DNA of 60,000 nucleotides from contig CM119372.1 in assembly GCA_051294905.1 (NCBI GenBank), positions 5,148,001-5,208,000 of the forward strand, given 5' to 3'. The notes beneath the pieces are model-generated. The model saw only the letters and a program-made list of their open reading frames with translations. It had not been told where the DNA came from and did no database searches. Position numbers and translations under genes: made by a program. Positions within the stretch are counted from its first letter, which is position 1, and each line of letters starts with the position of its first letter. Origin of the DNA: Botryllus schlosseri (Eukaryota). Below are positions 24,101 through 41,594 of this stretch, one piece after another.

Positions 24101-25833
24101 TTATTGTGGCAATCAATTCAACGAGGCAACCTGCAATCAGTATCCAGATTTTGCCGCCAGATACTGTAGAAAAACCTGCAACCGATGCACTGGTTAGCAT
24201 TTCACGCATTTCCTGACCTGTTCTGTGCAGGTCTATTAAAATAGTTTTTGGATTAGGGGCAGTGAAGTTCATGAAAAACATCATGCAATCGCGGTTATAA
24301 AAGTGACTTGCATATGTCGGTCCCGATCATGGCATGGTAGAGGTACGGACGTACGTGCATGTGAGACACCATGTACGGATAGGTAGAACTCTGCTAACCG
24401 CTAAACTAGGGTGCGCAACCCGCGACCCACCGAGAAAATTTATGCGGCCCGCGAAGGGGCGCCAATTTTGAAGAGTGTGCGATGCGTAATTTAGCATGGT
24501 CTGGTAGCTCAAGTGGCTAAGAGGGAGCAAATACCACTACGATGTATATGCCGACTTCGCACATGAATATTTTGACAAAATTTATTTGGGCGATTTGCCT
24601 TGAGCTATTCACGATTGCTACGTATATAGTTCGATTTCGACTTCTATTGACAAGTCTCGACATCACCAGACATTGGACGATCAGGATTAATGTATCGATG
24701 TAATCGATTACCATTGCATTGACAAATATGGAAGGGACAAAGCACAGCATTTCTGCGGTTGCATGCTTGCAATCTCGCAGAAAGTTTCGATCGGACTTTT
24801 TAGCTTGTGAACAAAAACATTCACCAGTTTCACTATCAGTGGTAGTCTCGACATTTAAAAAAGATTCAATTCAAGCAGCGTGATGTCGTTCTCTCTCTAC
24901 GAGCCATAGCGCTGGTGGCGATTACGCATATTCTTTGTTCACCTTTCTCGCGTTTATATTTACCTATCATTTGCAATTAAGCCTTCTTGAATAGACTCAG
25001 CTCGTTGACGAAACATCAGTTGTTGGTGATTTTAGGATGTCACATAGATAATAGAAATCTTACATTGCATCTTACGTTCATTTGGTTCTATGCTCCTATC
25101 TACATTTGGATCGTATTTTAGGGTTCGAACTAATATATTTCAATAAACTAGTTGGAAAGTGTTCGAATTACAATGATTAGTACCGTCTACCAGAAAGCAA
25201 ACCATTATAGATGCAAAGCAGTCGGTTACGATTACTCGGAAACGCTATAATGCTCGAAATGGATTACGTCTATAAATCACGACCACCCCATCTCTGGACA
25301 TCATCGTTATGATTTCTAATTAAGTGATGAGCCTTACAACTACTAAAAATACTACGTGCGTCTCTTCATTTTAGGGTGACATTTACCTAGCCCGCTTGTA
25401 AAACAAGGTTGCACAGATCTACACCACTGCACCAGACATATGACGATGGGAAATGATCGGAACCAGGTCTGTTCAGAAATAGCAAAGAAACCTCGAGAAT
25501 GATAATGACTATCAAAACAATAAAACTCCAAGATATGCAGCCCCACAAGATGTTGAAACCCTATGTAATTTCATGATGAATATTCTTGCCAAACCTCCAG
25601 GCCCGGTGTATTGCTACTCGGTCCATAATGAAGAATCCTGCAAGCGCTATTGTTGCGTCGAATCCAGAATCAATCCCAACCGGAATTAATATCAATATGT
25701 CAATTTCACAGGTTGTCAGGACAATCCAGCTTATTCGTATTGCATCGAGTCGTACCGAGAGTTCTGTTCCAGCAGGTCACCCACCGGAGAGTCATTCCGA
25801 AGTAATTGCCGGAAATTTTGCGGACTTTGTTAG
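9171..25833 (+). CDS. Gene B: secreted ShKT-EGF-cbEGF-trypsin-(TSP1)x6-ShKT-ShKT modular serine protease, possibly decaying
   Basis: Exons: 9171-9181 and 14474-14529 (signal MKGRVMLILLQLLMGHMEVSGS), 14593-14709 (ShKT), 14776-14904 (EGF), 15900-16055 (DVDEC cbEGF), 16160-16248 (RR|IVGG), 16314-16399 (TAAHC), 16464-16560, 19228-19399 (NDIAL), 19461-19640, 19711-19905 (GDSGGP), TSP1 exons 19993-20151, 20218-20351, 20444-20621, 23415-23649, 23713-23833, 23890-24012, ShKT 24079-24192, terminal ShKT 25712-25833. All are phase-compatible. Confidence 0.87.
10225..10886. mobile_element. Foldback MITE, near-perfect 662-bp inverted repeat
   Basis: Arms of about 316 bp (10225-10540 and 10572-10886) around a ~31-nt loop. 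TAGGGCTCTTC ends and TSD TTGTTCAT. The empty site is visible at about 52082. Confidence 0.95.
11740..12915 (+). mobile_element. hAT deletion derivative carrying a transposase C-terminal dimerization remnant
   Basis: TIRs TAGGGCGATTTT/AAAATCGCCCTA, TSD ATTATCAC, GTCAAAA subterminal repeats. Encodes ELTTAAVERSFSILGKLLGKNRHFLP..ENVGKCLSLYYNK (hAT ERxFS motif). Confidence 0.88.
12257..12532 (+). mobile_element. tRNA-derived SINE with (CAAA)n tail
   Basis: A-box TAGCGCAGTGG, B-box GGTTCGATTCC, CAAA-repeat tail and a 17-bp TSD ACACTTTYTACCCGAGA. It is absent from the sister element at 28592-29239. A 3' fragment occurs near 19150-19185. Confidence 0.85.
15191..15776. mobile_element. Foldback-type MITE with long imperfect inverted arms (gene B intron)
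   Basis: TAGGGTTGCATTTAAAAC/GTTTTAAATGCAACCCTA ends, with inverted similarity extending about 190 bp. No clear TSD. Confidence 0.8.
17435..18753. mobile_element. hAT (Charlie/Buster-like) MITE with nested MITE 17719-18024
   Basis: CAGGGGTGGGCAA/TTGCCCAGGCCTG TIRs, GCGGGCC subterminal motifs, TSD ATATAAAG. Confidence 0.85.
20763..21928. mobile_element. hAT-type MITE (CAGGGGTTCTCA ends)
   Basis: TIRs CAGGGGTTCTCA/TGAGAACCCCTG with TGGGCCAC subterminal repeats. TSD imperfect. Confidence 0.7.
25601..25660 (+). pseudogene. Decayed penultimate exon of gene B (CC-type ShKT-like)
   Basis: Reads GPVYCYSVHNEESCKRYCC, homologous to gene A exon 819-932. It lacks a phase-1 GT donor, and read-through hits TAA. 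Its N-terminal half (HDEYSCQ) appears to lie upstream in another frame. Confidence 0.55.
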
Positions 25834-26303
25834 CAGTTGAATTTAGCAGCGATGATAAGATTGTAATCATTAAACGTTTAAATTGCACTGTCAATCCGTG
25901 TGATTATTAACTGTGGTTTCTGAGCAGATATTTCCAGACAGGCAATCCTGCAGAGTAGATTATATGAGCTTTAGAGTCATCGTGATCTCGGAGTGTCATG
26001 TTATCATTCGAGCCATTGCATAGCACGATGACTGCTAAATAGCTAGCGCATATGCTGTAAGAGACGTATAACGTTCTACACTACATTTGCTAAAATACGC
26101 CGTCACCATATATTTCAGGTCTGGATATTGTGTATAAGAAGGCTGAATGAAACCTGTGAAAAAGGCTCGAATACTTACGTTAAACAGTATTTAACCGACT
26201 GGTTCTCACCATTTTCCAACCTTACCTTAGGGGAGCCTCACATTTTCGCTGAGCCATAAAAGTTGAAATGTACCACATTCTATATCTAACTATGCATCTA
26301 ATG

Positions 26304-26915
26304 CAGGGGTGTCAAACTCAAATTGGGTAGCGGGTCGGATTCGAGCCTTCAATCGCTCGCGGGCCGGACAAGTAAACTGATTCCAAAATGTTACCTCCTG
26401 CCCTCACTTTTCACTTGAATACTTTATTATCTGGCATATATAAATAATACAAGGATCATAGGGTTTTATTCTAGCAAGTCGCAACACTTTTATTCGCAAA
26501 CAATGGAATTGGCAAAACTACGATGACTGTATGGTTGAATAGTTAAGAACCGGTTAAACAGTGACGCTAACGACGATATAAATTGCCATATTTCTATGCT
26601 CCAATTTGCTTAAGTCGTAATATGCCGTTAGCTATGCGCTGTGAAGAATACAAGATATTTAACTGTAAACGCGGACGTTGGTGGAATTCGGTTTAATATT
26701 ATTAAATCGTAAGTAGAGTGAGACCACAACGTCTCGTGGTTATAATGTGGTCTATGAACATTTGCTGTCTTGATGGAATATAGGGAAGTAATTCCTGCAA
26801 AAATTTCAAAATTTGTTGCAAATGTGCTGGATAATGTAAGAATTTTTCAATCTGCTCAGAATTGCTTCGCGGGCCGAATGAAATCACCTGGCGTGCCGTA
26901 TGTTCGACACCCCTG
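26304..26915. mobile_element. hAT MITE (CAGGGGTGTCAAAC family), sister of 54381-55243
   Basis: TIRs plus TSD ATCTAATG. Appears nested in an older element at about 26197-27130 (TSD ATTTAACC). Confidence 0.88.
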
Positions 26916-28591
26916 ATCTAATGTATTACTATAGATCACTAGTACACAAAATGAACTGTTGACCAACTGAGTGTGAAAAAAAACATACATATTATAATAT
27001 GATTTTCACACAAAACAAAAACATTATAATGAAAATTTATTGGAAATCAGTGTTCCCTTTCCGATACCAGTTCTATACTCTACCTCTTCTAGATCAGAAA
27101 TGCGAGGTTACACCGGCTAAGAACCACGGATTTAACCTTTCTGTGCAGCATCATTTTTGTACAGCAAGTTAGGCAGTTTGCATGGAACAAATATGATTTG
27201 ATAATTGTGAAGTATCACGGAAAGTAATGTGCATGCATTGTGCGTGTCCGGTCGAAATCTATCGAACGCAGTCAATTCACGAGCTTGGATAGTTACAAAA
27301 ATCTGTAATACGATTACTTTTACAAGTGAGGAAATGACAACAGTTTATCACTTAGATCCCAAAAGATATACAAAACAACGGATAGTATCAGAGACTCGGG
27401 CCTATAGTCTATATTTCTGAGCATTCGAAATCCGTTGACACTACCCGACAGTGAAATACAGATCAATACTAAAATGTTGTTTCTTGAAGCAATTCCTAGT
27501 TGACGTTATGCAGCACATGGGCTAAGAATGAAGAAGATTAAATGTCATCGTCGATCGTGTCTCGTTGCAAAAACATATGTAGCAACACGTCTGCGTCATG
27601 GATGCATCATCGCTGATATTTTGTCAACAATGAGTATGCTGGTCGCTGGCGCGTTTATGATCACCAACCCGTATGCATCATGTGATGCGAGTATTTTTAT
27701 TTGATTAACAAAAGCCTGTCGTCATGCATGTATGTTCCAGATGGAAGTTTTGGTTCAAAAATAAGGATTGCCGCAGCATACATATTCAAGAAATAAAAAT
27801 CTGATATTCACTTGCATGACACGAACAGTCGAACATGTTCCCTATGTATGAATGAAAATAGGATTACTAACTACGGAGACTATTAGATCGAGATGGATAT
27901 TTAAAATTTATAATTCAAATGTTGGAGTAGAAACAGGAACCACGTCCCATCGTTTAAGGCAAGGGTGGCCATCATTGTTGACCAGCGGGCTACTTTTGGT
28001 TTTGCAAACCATTGCCCGGGCCACTAATTACTTTTTTATTCGAGATAAAATAGGTAACGGTGAACGGAAGACTATTCTTGCTACGCAACAACATCGTTGA
28101 CATTAATGTCATGATGAATCAGTGCGTCAAAGCTAACGAATGAATTCGGTCAATAATATCGGTACTTGCATATATTGCGGGTCACATTATGTATCGCGGG
28201 GATTGCAATGACAGAAGTATTCGGGTTCCAGACTACCTGCTCCTCCCCAAAAAGTTTAAATGTTGATTTATCTCAATTATCCTGCAAACGTCATTCAACT
28301 TGTTCAAAAATCAGCGGTAGGCTAATGTAAACCACAAAACGATGCTTTTCTAAAAGAAACGTTGCGCTCCTGTGCTCTAATTATGATGTGGTCTCAGATT
28401 GAAGTTGATAGTGTGAAAAATATTTTGTAAATAGCCATATTCCTCAGAAAGCCACCGTGTCTGAACTTACAATCAATTGCAATTAGTTTGTAATGCACAA
28501 TAGGATATTTTATCTCAAGCGGCCCTTCTGCGCATGTGATCCCTGAAGTTTTAGACGTTATTAGTTCAGAAATCATAAACTAGGTAATCAA

Positions 28592-29239
28592 TAGGGCGAT
28601 TTGTTTGATATTGCAAAAAAAAGTTGAAATTTTGTCAAAATTGTAGCGTTAGGTCAAAAAATTGTTTACAAAGTCAAAATTTAATTTGGCATTTACAGCT
28701 TATAGCCTGACGGCCCATTGTCTGCTCATCGTCAATCATAAACGGTCAAATGAAACAAATAGTTGACATAGTGTTATGCTCAACGTACCACAATATCCTA
28801 ACTGAAGCAAGACTGCGTGGACACTGGTTCTTATATCAAGAAGCGCATGATGAAAAATTGTGATGTAGACAACATTGTCAGAATGAAGTGTCAACAGCAG
28901 TGTATACGCATCTAACAACTGCTGCTTTTGAACGTTCTTTCTCCATTCTTGGTAAGCTACTTAGTAAGGACAAAAAATTTCAACCCGCAAATATAGAAAA
29001 GTATATCTTTCGTTGTATTACTACAAATTTTAACTATTTCTACCATAATGCGTAATGTGACTACAGGAATTCTTCATCGGTCCAAAAGTTTTTTCAGGCA
29101 AGGACAAACAGTGTCAACCAGAAATGGAGAAAAAGTATTACAATTATAACAATATGTGCGAAACTGCCTAATTTACATATATCAAAATTAAGTTTCAGTG
29201 CAAAATCTTCCGTTTTATCAGTTCGAAAAAATTGCCCTA
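28592..29239 (+). mobile_element. hAT deletion derivative, sister of 11740-12915 without the SINE
   Basis: TAGGGCGATT/AATTGCCCTA ends, TSD GTAATCAA/GTTATCAA, same ERSFSILGKLL remnant. Confidence 0.82.
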
Positions 29240-29321
29240 GTTATCAATCACTTTGCATATTTATAAATTTCGTGGAGCCCTTGTTCAGAACCACATGGTT
29301 AATTGTTAAGAGTCGTTTGAA

Positions 29322-29745
29322 TTAGGGTTGTCATATTTTAAGATCCGAAAAGGAGAACACTTTTAACAACAAAAGTTACATTAGCGGACCAGAAAACGGG
29401 TAATTTTTGCGACCAATGTTATATGGTTGACGAATAAGGTAATTTTTCCAACTTGACTCCCGATAAGACCCTCTTCCACGTACAATCGGTTCGTGTTGAC
29501 CTTTTTGTAGTCAACCTATCTGCGATCGTTGTTTACTGCGTAATTTTCTTAAATTACTTCGAAATTTTCTTAAATTTCGTCGTAGTCCAGTTTTCCCGTC
29601 TCTTATGACGTTTTTAGTTGTCGTTGTACCGTCGCCTAGCTCTCAAACCAATGAAAAAGTGGACATTTGATAGTCCTCGGAGGACATTTTCCATTTCGTG
29701 AAAAAAGAGGACAAATGCTCTTAAAATGGACATATGTTATCCCTA
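29322..29745. mobile_element. hAT-type MITE with GAGGAC subterminal repeats
   Basis: TAGGGTTGTCATAT/ATATGTTATCCCTA ends. Related fragments at about 8140-8234 and 52293-52600. Confidence 0.7.
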
Positions 29746-30514
29746 CTTAAATTGACTATAATATCAATACGCCACACTTGTAATGGTGACGTCAAAACGT
29801 ATATCACCGCATGAAAATCCCAATAGTACACGAATTCAGCAGTAGTCAATCAAAGGGTTATTAAAATCAACATGGTACGCCGGTCTTAAAGCGATGGCGC
29901 GTAATATACGAATATTACAGTCGTGAAGTAGCGCGTGTTGATATGACAGCGAGAGGTGATGCAACATGAGCGGCATTTAATTTCGGAAAACAATGGTTTC
30001 ATATGTATTTTCTCTTACCATGATGATGACGGGATTTATCAGATTCCTACCGAGTACATTAGAGGGTGATAAATCCCCTCATTAATTATAACCAATACCA
30101 GTTACCAAGCCGGAAGTCGGACAAGTGGTCAGATATTGGTCATAGTTGACCGCACGAAACAAGGTATTAAATAATATGAAATTTTTAACTTCACTATCAG
30201 TTTTCGATGCTATAAAGAGACGAAAGTTATTATATTATTATATAACTTAGCAACGAATAAGGACTGTATACATCTTTTTGCTGATTGATAAACAATGTTG
30301 CGAAATTCAGGTTTGGAACGGCCCAGCTAGTATCTATGCCATGGTCATATATATATAGTTTTCCCAAAAAGACCGCACGCGATATTCGCCGTACATTTAT
30401 TCATCACAGCGCCATTATAATGTTTAATGTTTGTTATTTTCGATGATGATTTGCAAGCGTCAGCGATTGACTATATTCTGTACTTGATTATTTCACTCTT
30501 GGACAACAGTTCGT

Positions 30515-30910
30515 GAGGACAAGTGAAACCCGGACTTTTCAGTTATCACGTCAGGTAATTTTACCGAAGTGAGTTAACATCATCTGTACTTTATCGATAT
30601 TTTCACTTTCTTTTGTTGGCGAAGTGCCCGAAGCAGCAATTTGTTCAAGACTATACCTGGCGACGGCATGACATGACATCACATAGCGAATAACGTAGCC
30701 GGCATGTTTCGAGACACTGGTTCTGTAGTGAAGGAATTGACCCACAAGAGAAATATTTCCATCGCTTCAAGTTGCATCGCGGTTATAACAACAAGCATTT
30801 GAGGCTTTGGCATCATTTATTCGTGAGCTTGTGATGAGTGTTGCAAGATAAAGACACACATCTTCATATTGTGATGTTGGTCGTTTAATCAGCTTGTCAA
30901 ATCAAGGTAG
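30515..30910 (+). promoter_or_regulatory. Upstream regulatory block of gene C with IRF/ETS-like motifs
   Basis: Homologous to 7400-7830 and immediately 5' of ATG 30986. Contains AAGTGAAAC, TTTCAGTT and TTTTCACTTTC (GAAAGTGAAAA on the minus strand). Confidence 0.55.
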
Positions 30911-30985
30911 TGAGTTATATTTTTAATCCTGTTTACGTCTGTTCTAGCATTTAGTTAATTACTTCAAACGACGGATTGGCTTACA

Positions 30986-36146
<5,161 letters not shown>

Positions 36147-36588
36147 AAAGATGTACTTCTAACTTACTGCAATTCGTATGCTCGCAATTTAGTCTGATAT
36201 AGTTTATGAGTTTATCGTGATTGTAATAGATATAGTGACCAGGGGGATATACATTTCCTAATCGACAATATTATTTGTTTACTCGTCATATTGTGTGTCT
36301 TACCTACTAGATTTTCACCATGTGATATGCACTGTTTCAGTCTTTTGTAACTATTTTATAAGAGCACGCAGTCATTACAAACATTTATCTATACACGCCT
36401 ATGCTATATATATATGATTGGTCAGGCATTACGACAGGAAAATCTTGATTTTCAAAAACTAGCATGTATGACGGTCACAAAGTAGCGTATATAGGTAAAT
36501 CTTCGTTAAGCGAGGGGTAAATTTTTCCCACTCACACGACAACGTCAGTGTTTATATGCTGTTCAGGAATAGTAGAAGCTTAACACAT

Positions 36589-36650
36589 AGCGTACTAGCA
36601 GAATTTTGAATTACCTGTAAGCGTACTAACAGAATTTTGAATTACCTGTA
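36589..36650. repeat. 31-bp tandem duplication
   Basis: AGCGTACTARCAGAATTTTGAATTACCTGTA x2. Confidence 0.85.
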
Positions 36651-38272
36651 AAATGGTCATTTTTTCGTAAGGGACGGTATTACAAAACCCACGCAGAGAG
36701 GCCAATAACAGGATTCACATTTGACCATATTCGTAGCCAGAACTAATATTTTGAAAGTACAGTGGACATTTTAGGGAGCGGTTATATCTTTTATTTAATT
36801 TAAAAAATTGTGAAAAATCAAAAAGCACATTATTCCCGTCTAATGATTCCGGAATTTCGCAATTTAGTGAAAACAGGAATTTGTGACAACATTTTAAGGT
36901 AGTCCTATCTTTAAGATCTTAAACTTTGAATTAAGTACTGAACCACGAGTCTTGGGTGAGTTTTCAAATGACGCTGTCAACAAATATAGTTCTAGAGCGT
37001 AGCCCAAATCAAACAGACCCAACTAAACGTAAAACTCCTTCGGTGAGACGCATGTCTCCTTTCACGAGGTGCAATATTTTCCTCTGTGAATTGCATTTGT
37101 ATCACAGGGGTAAGATTGTAATCTACGCCCCGTTGTGTTCTGGCGCGGAGGTGGTTGGCGCCGAAGGGCAGGTGCCTAATAGTGATACTTCGCCGGTTGC
37201 ACGACCACAGACTAATGCATCCAATAATCCGAAAGCGTTCCTATAATTCCATCGTTTTCTCGTAATTTCGAATACAGACAGATTCAATTCAGTAACGTAT
37301 GCTGTAGTTTTCGGGAGGGGTTACGCACATCAAAACTTAGTAAAAAAATACCATCCCAAAATCGCGCGGAGTGCGAAGAAAAATTGTTGGAAAAAGTTGG
37401 ATATATCTGTCCTAAAATACTCTTATTTCATGTTCATCATGCAGGGAGAGAGCACGCAGCAGTTATAGTCCAAATATATTATCAATTGATGTAACGAGAT
37501 GAACATGAATTCTAGAAATGCGGTGCAGATTTCTGCCGAATTCGGTTAAATGAACTAGTGAACGAATCATTATGGTTCAATTCCTACAAACAATGAAGTA
37601 TATTTTGGCGTCGGTTTGATAGACAGAGAGAGAGGGAGGGAGGGAGGGTGAAAGAGTGCAACCGCGTGGCGTTCCGGTTATTTTGTAGCGGGAAGACATA
37701 AGCCTACTCCACGCCACCTTGAGGTGAATTCTCACAAAACGTCGTAGTGGAACGAATAGGACATATCGACGGAGGCGGTGAACGGTTGAAATTACGTCTG
37801 ACTTGGATATGATGCCTGTTCAGTGTTCAGACGAGCCAATACCGAAGTGATAGCAATTCGCAAACGTGCATAATGCATTGGCCTGCCTTTTCGCAAACAT
37901 GCAGATGCGGTATAAGAACAAGATTACGATAATAATATGATTTCGGAATCTGCGAGTCATGGTGTCATGGGATTTCAACTTCGCGATGTGCAGTGATGGT
38001 TTCTTAATGACAGTACGTGCCAGGCGTCGTCGAATGAGGACAAGCTGTGTATAACAAATATCTGAGACTGCACACTGCACAGTTACATTTTTTTATGTTT
38101 TGGAGAGATGTCTGACATTCGCACCTCATAATCGATAACGAACTATCACACAAGATTTCGGTCTAGATTTGCTCCGACGAAAATATCGAGACAGAGTGAA
38201 CATGGTAACACATAAATTTGGACAATGTCGTTTTAAAGTGAACATTTTTGAGTCAAATGCTTCAATTTAGTT

Positions 38273-39473
38273 CAGTGGTTCTTAACCTTGCCTCCAGCGC
38301 CCCCCAAGGGGCGATTTGGATTTTGAGGGGCGGAAATGCTCAGGGGGCGATATGGGGGACGCTGGGTTCAGGGGGGAGGTGTGGGGGGCGCTGAAACAAA
38401 ATGTCTTCGCAGTAGATGGTGTAGTATAGTAAAAAAAATTTCAAAGCAAATTAACATTCGACAAAACATGTCAAATCTCGAATTTTTTCGACGATGTATG
38501 CTACATATGTTTTCTCAAGAATTACACATCATTTTTTGGCGATTTATACAAGTTTTTACTTTTTTTCGCGCTGCGCGCGAATTACCGTTGCCAAATTTTT
38601 GGTTATTGGTACCCTTTCCCCACGACAAAATACGCATTATTTATCGAAAATAGAAATAGGCATTTCGGCGTCGGCCATTACCACGCCACGATGCACGAAG
38701 ACATATGAAGTTTCGGCCCATATGGGACTCTGAGAAGAGTGCCAAAACATCGTCAGTGAGAAAACCTTAGCTGAAAAGGATTTCCCTCATTTCCATATAA
38801 ATATGTCTAATTGTGCTTTGGGGCCTAAATGGCGCGTGCCGAGTTATCATGTCGAGACAATCTGAACCCCACAGGACAAATAACATCCATCAGAGAAAAA
38901 ATATTTGCCAGTGAAGAAATACCAATTTTGAATCGTGTGCTTATTTTAATTTAGTACGTTTATGCGATTTCAATATCTTTTGACCATATAGCGGATAGGT
39001 GGTCACGAAATAACAACATGCAACGAAGTAATTGTTCCAACTGGCCCGCGCGAATATGTTTAATTATTAATTACGTGCCCTACATTTTCCAAGACAACAT
39101 CTCAATCAGCGCTGCCGGTAAATTTTATTACGCAGGCTGAGATGATAAATAATTATAGCGATATATACATATGCAATTACCAGTATTCTTAAGCGATTCA
39201 TTCATCAATTATAGAAAACTTTCGCGCCTAGGCGACCAAGCCACATAAACTTTGCTCAACATCGAAATCACGCGACGCAAGGGTCTTGGGGGCGATACCC
39301 ACAGAAGTTTGGTTTATCACCCTATCGGGGCCCAAGACCAACGTTTTTAGGGGGCTGACGAAGTGCTGTTACGGCCCTACCTCTTACCCTCAGTCCTTAA
39401 AATATGGGGGGGGGGGCTAGAGGACGGAAAGTTTTGAAAGGGGGCGCTGGAGGAAAAAGGTTAAGAACCACTG
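38273..39473. mobile_element. hAT-type MITE with G-rich subtermini
   Basis: TIRs CAGTGGTTCTTAACCTT/AAGGTTAAGAACCACTG and TSD ATTTAGTT. Confidence 0.9.
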
Positions 39474-39564
39474 ATTTAGTTGGATAACAAGTCCAATAAC
39501 CGATTTTGTTGTATAGTTCAGGTTTATACACGGGGTGAATCAGATGACTCAAATAGCTTATCAG

Positions 39565-40481
39565 TAGGGCAAGTTTTTGCAACTTTTGCAATTTTTTTTT
39601 ACAGCTTCCGACAGTTTCCTAGATACTCAGAATCTATGTACTTTGATGTTCTTTTACACAGCTTGGAGGGATTATATAGTGCAACTTTTTTCTATTTTTC
39701 ATACCAATTTTTACTGCAACTTTTACCAAATGTTGCGTCAAAACGTAAAGGAGTGATTTAAAAACATGCTATAAATTATTTTTAGTATGGTTCTATTCTC
39801 TTTGATTTGCATAACAAAGAGCTATATGATGGGTTAGCTGCATCTCACTGCGTTGTCCATGACACAATGGCTTGCAAGCAAGGAGTTCAACTACCGCTGC
39901 TAAGCACGACCGTGTCCGAACAGTATGTAAATAGATCGCTTTATTAATTCTGCCATTTAAATTTGAGATAGTTTCCCATTTTACGAACGCCCAGGCGAGA
40001 CCGCCGAAAATTACATTTTCACTGGGTCACCTTAATCAGGCTGTTATGGATTTTGTTGAAGTAGCCAAGAGTGAGCTTTTCTGCAACGCCTTAGGTCAAG
40101 TTTGCTTACCTAGGGGGTTTGGGGTGGGTTATTCGACTTTTTAGGGGGAGGTGGTTATCGCTATGCTGCTTGGCTTTGTTGGAGAAAATTATTCCCGCAT
40201 CGCGTAATTTTCTTGGTGTGTACCGGGAAAAATATTATTTTGGGCTTTCCATGGCCTACTAAAAACTAGTAGGCCATGGGCTGTCTCACCAGAATGTCCG
40301 TGAAATGGCAAAGTAACAAATTTTGACGGCTCTGCAGGAACTAGGTTATACAACGGAACCTTTTGAGTATCTCCTACCCAGTTTATTCAACAAAAATTAT
40401 AAATGCAACTTTTTACTGCAACTTCTGTCAAATTTAAGTGCAACTTTTCTCGCGATTTTACTGCAACAAAAACTTGCCCTA
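39565..40481. mobile_element. hAT-type MITE with TGCAACTTTT subterminal repeats
   Basis: TIRs TAGGGCAAGTTTTTG/CAAAAACTTGCCCTA and TSD CTTATCAG. Confidence 0.9.
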
Positions 40482-41594
40482 CTTATCAGTAATGAATATA
40501 AATTTACCGAGGCTTATCGCAGCAAAGTTATTATTATTAACAAACATCATATGCCGTTTTTAATCCCCCAAACCTATATCATATCGTTGAAATAAAGTGT
40601 CGACCAAGGTGTTGACCGAAGGTGAAATGGTTCATACCGAAGTAATCTGTTCTCTAATGCGTGGCATTACTTGACGGAAATCTCCTGCCGATGTAAAATA
40701 TCATCAAAATTATATTATTGCATATAATCTCCGAATATAGGTATTGTTTATTTTTCGAGAATAGGAAGAAACCACCACTTATTTAGTTCCGATGACGTTA
40801 ACAATAAGTGAAGGGCAACCTCTTTATCGAGTTCCACAATGACATTCTTTCTTACGCCTGCCCCCGCAATAGGTCTTTTGCACCCAGTGATATCTGCTAG
40901 TGCATCAAGCTGATGTATACTAGTTTGAGTAATTCATGTGATTTGATTTGAGTTGACGCTTTGTTATTATTCTCAGGTAGGCCAAATCATCATGACATTG
41001 CACGACGCACATTATGTAATATAATACTCGATGTAATAGCAGTAAGTCATTTTCTGACGAATTAGGCAAAATGTCGTGTTGGTGGTAATTGTTCATTAGG
41101 TTTGACCAATCTCATATCCTCTGTGAGTCACACAGTTGACTATGAAACCGATACTTTCCGCATTCAACCCAACACCGAAATTACCCAGTCGAAATTACGC
41201 GAAACCACAGGTAAACCGCGCGACAGACCATCGACATACCAACAAGTGTGTTCATTTAAAGCAATATAAATATATACACTTGATATGAGATGACGATCAT
41301 GAAATAGAAGCCGAAGCTAATGCGATTTATTTTTGAAGCGATATGACGCGAATTTTGGTTGATAACATGCAATCAGCAGGCTAGTCTAACGTTAGTTTCG
41401 ACCACCGATCACCCGGGGCACTATATGATACAGGGTTCGAGTTCACCTGAAGAATCGGAGAGGTTCTAGTAGAAATTAAACGCAGCTCCATACCAATTGC
41501 ACGTATTCTATTTCATTAAACAAGAAAGACATCAGAAATTGTCTAACGCAAATGACAAAGGGATTGTAATTTTTCGTATTAGTAAAGAGAAGAG

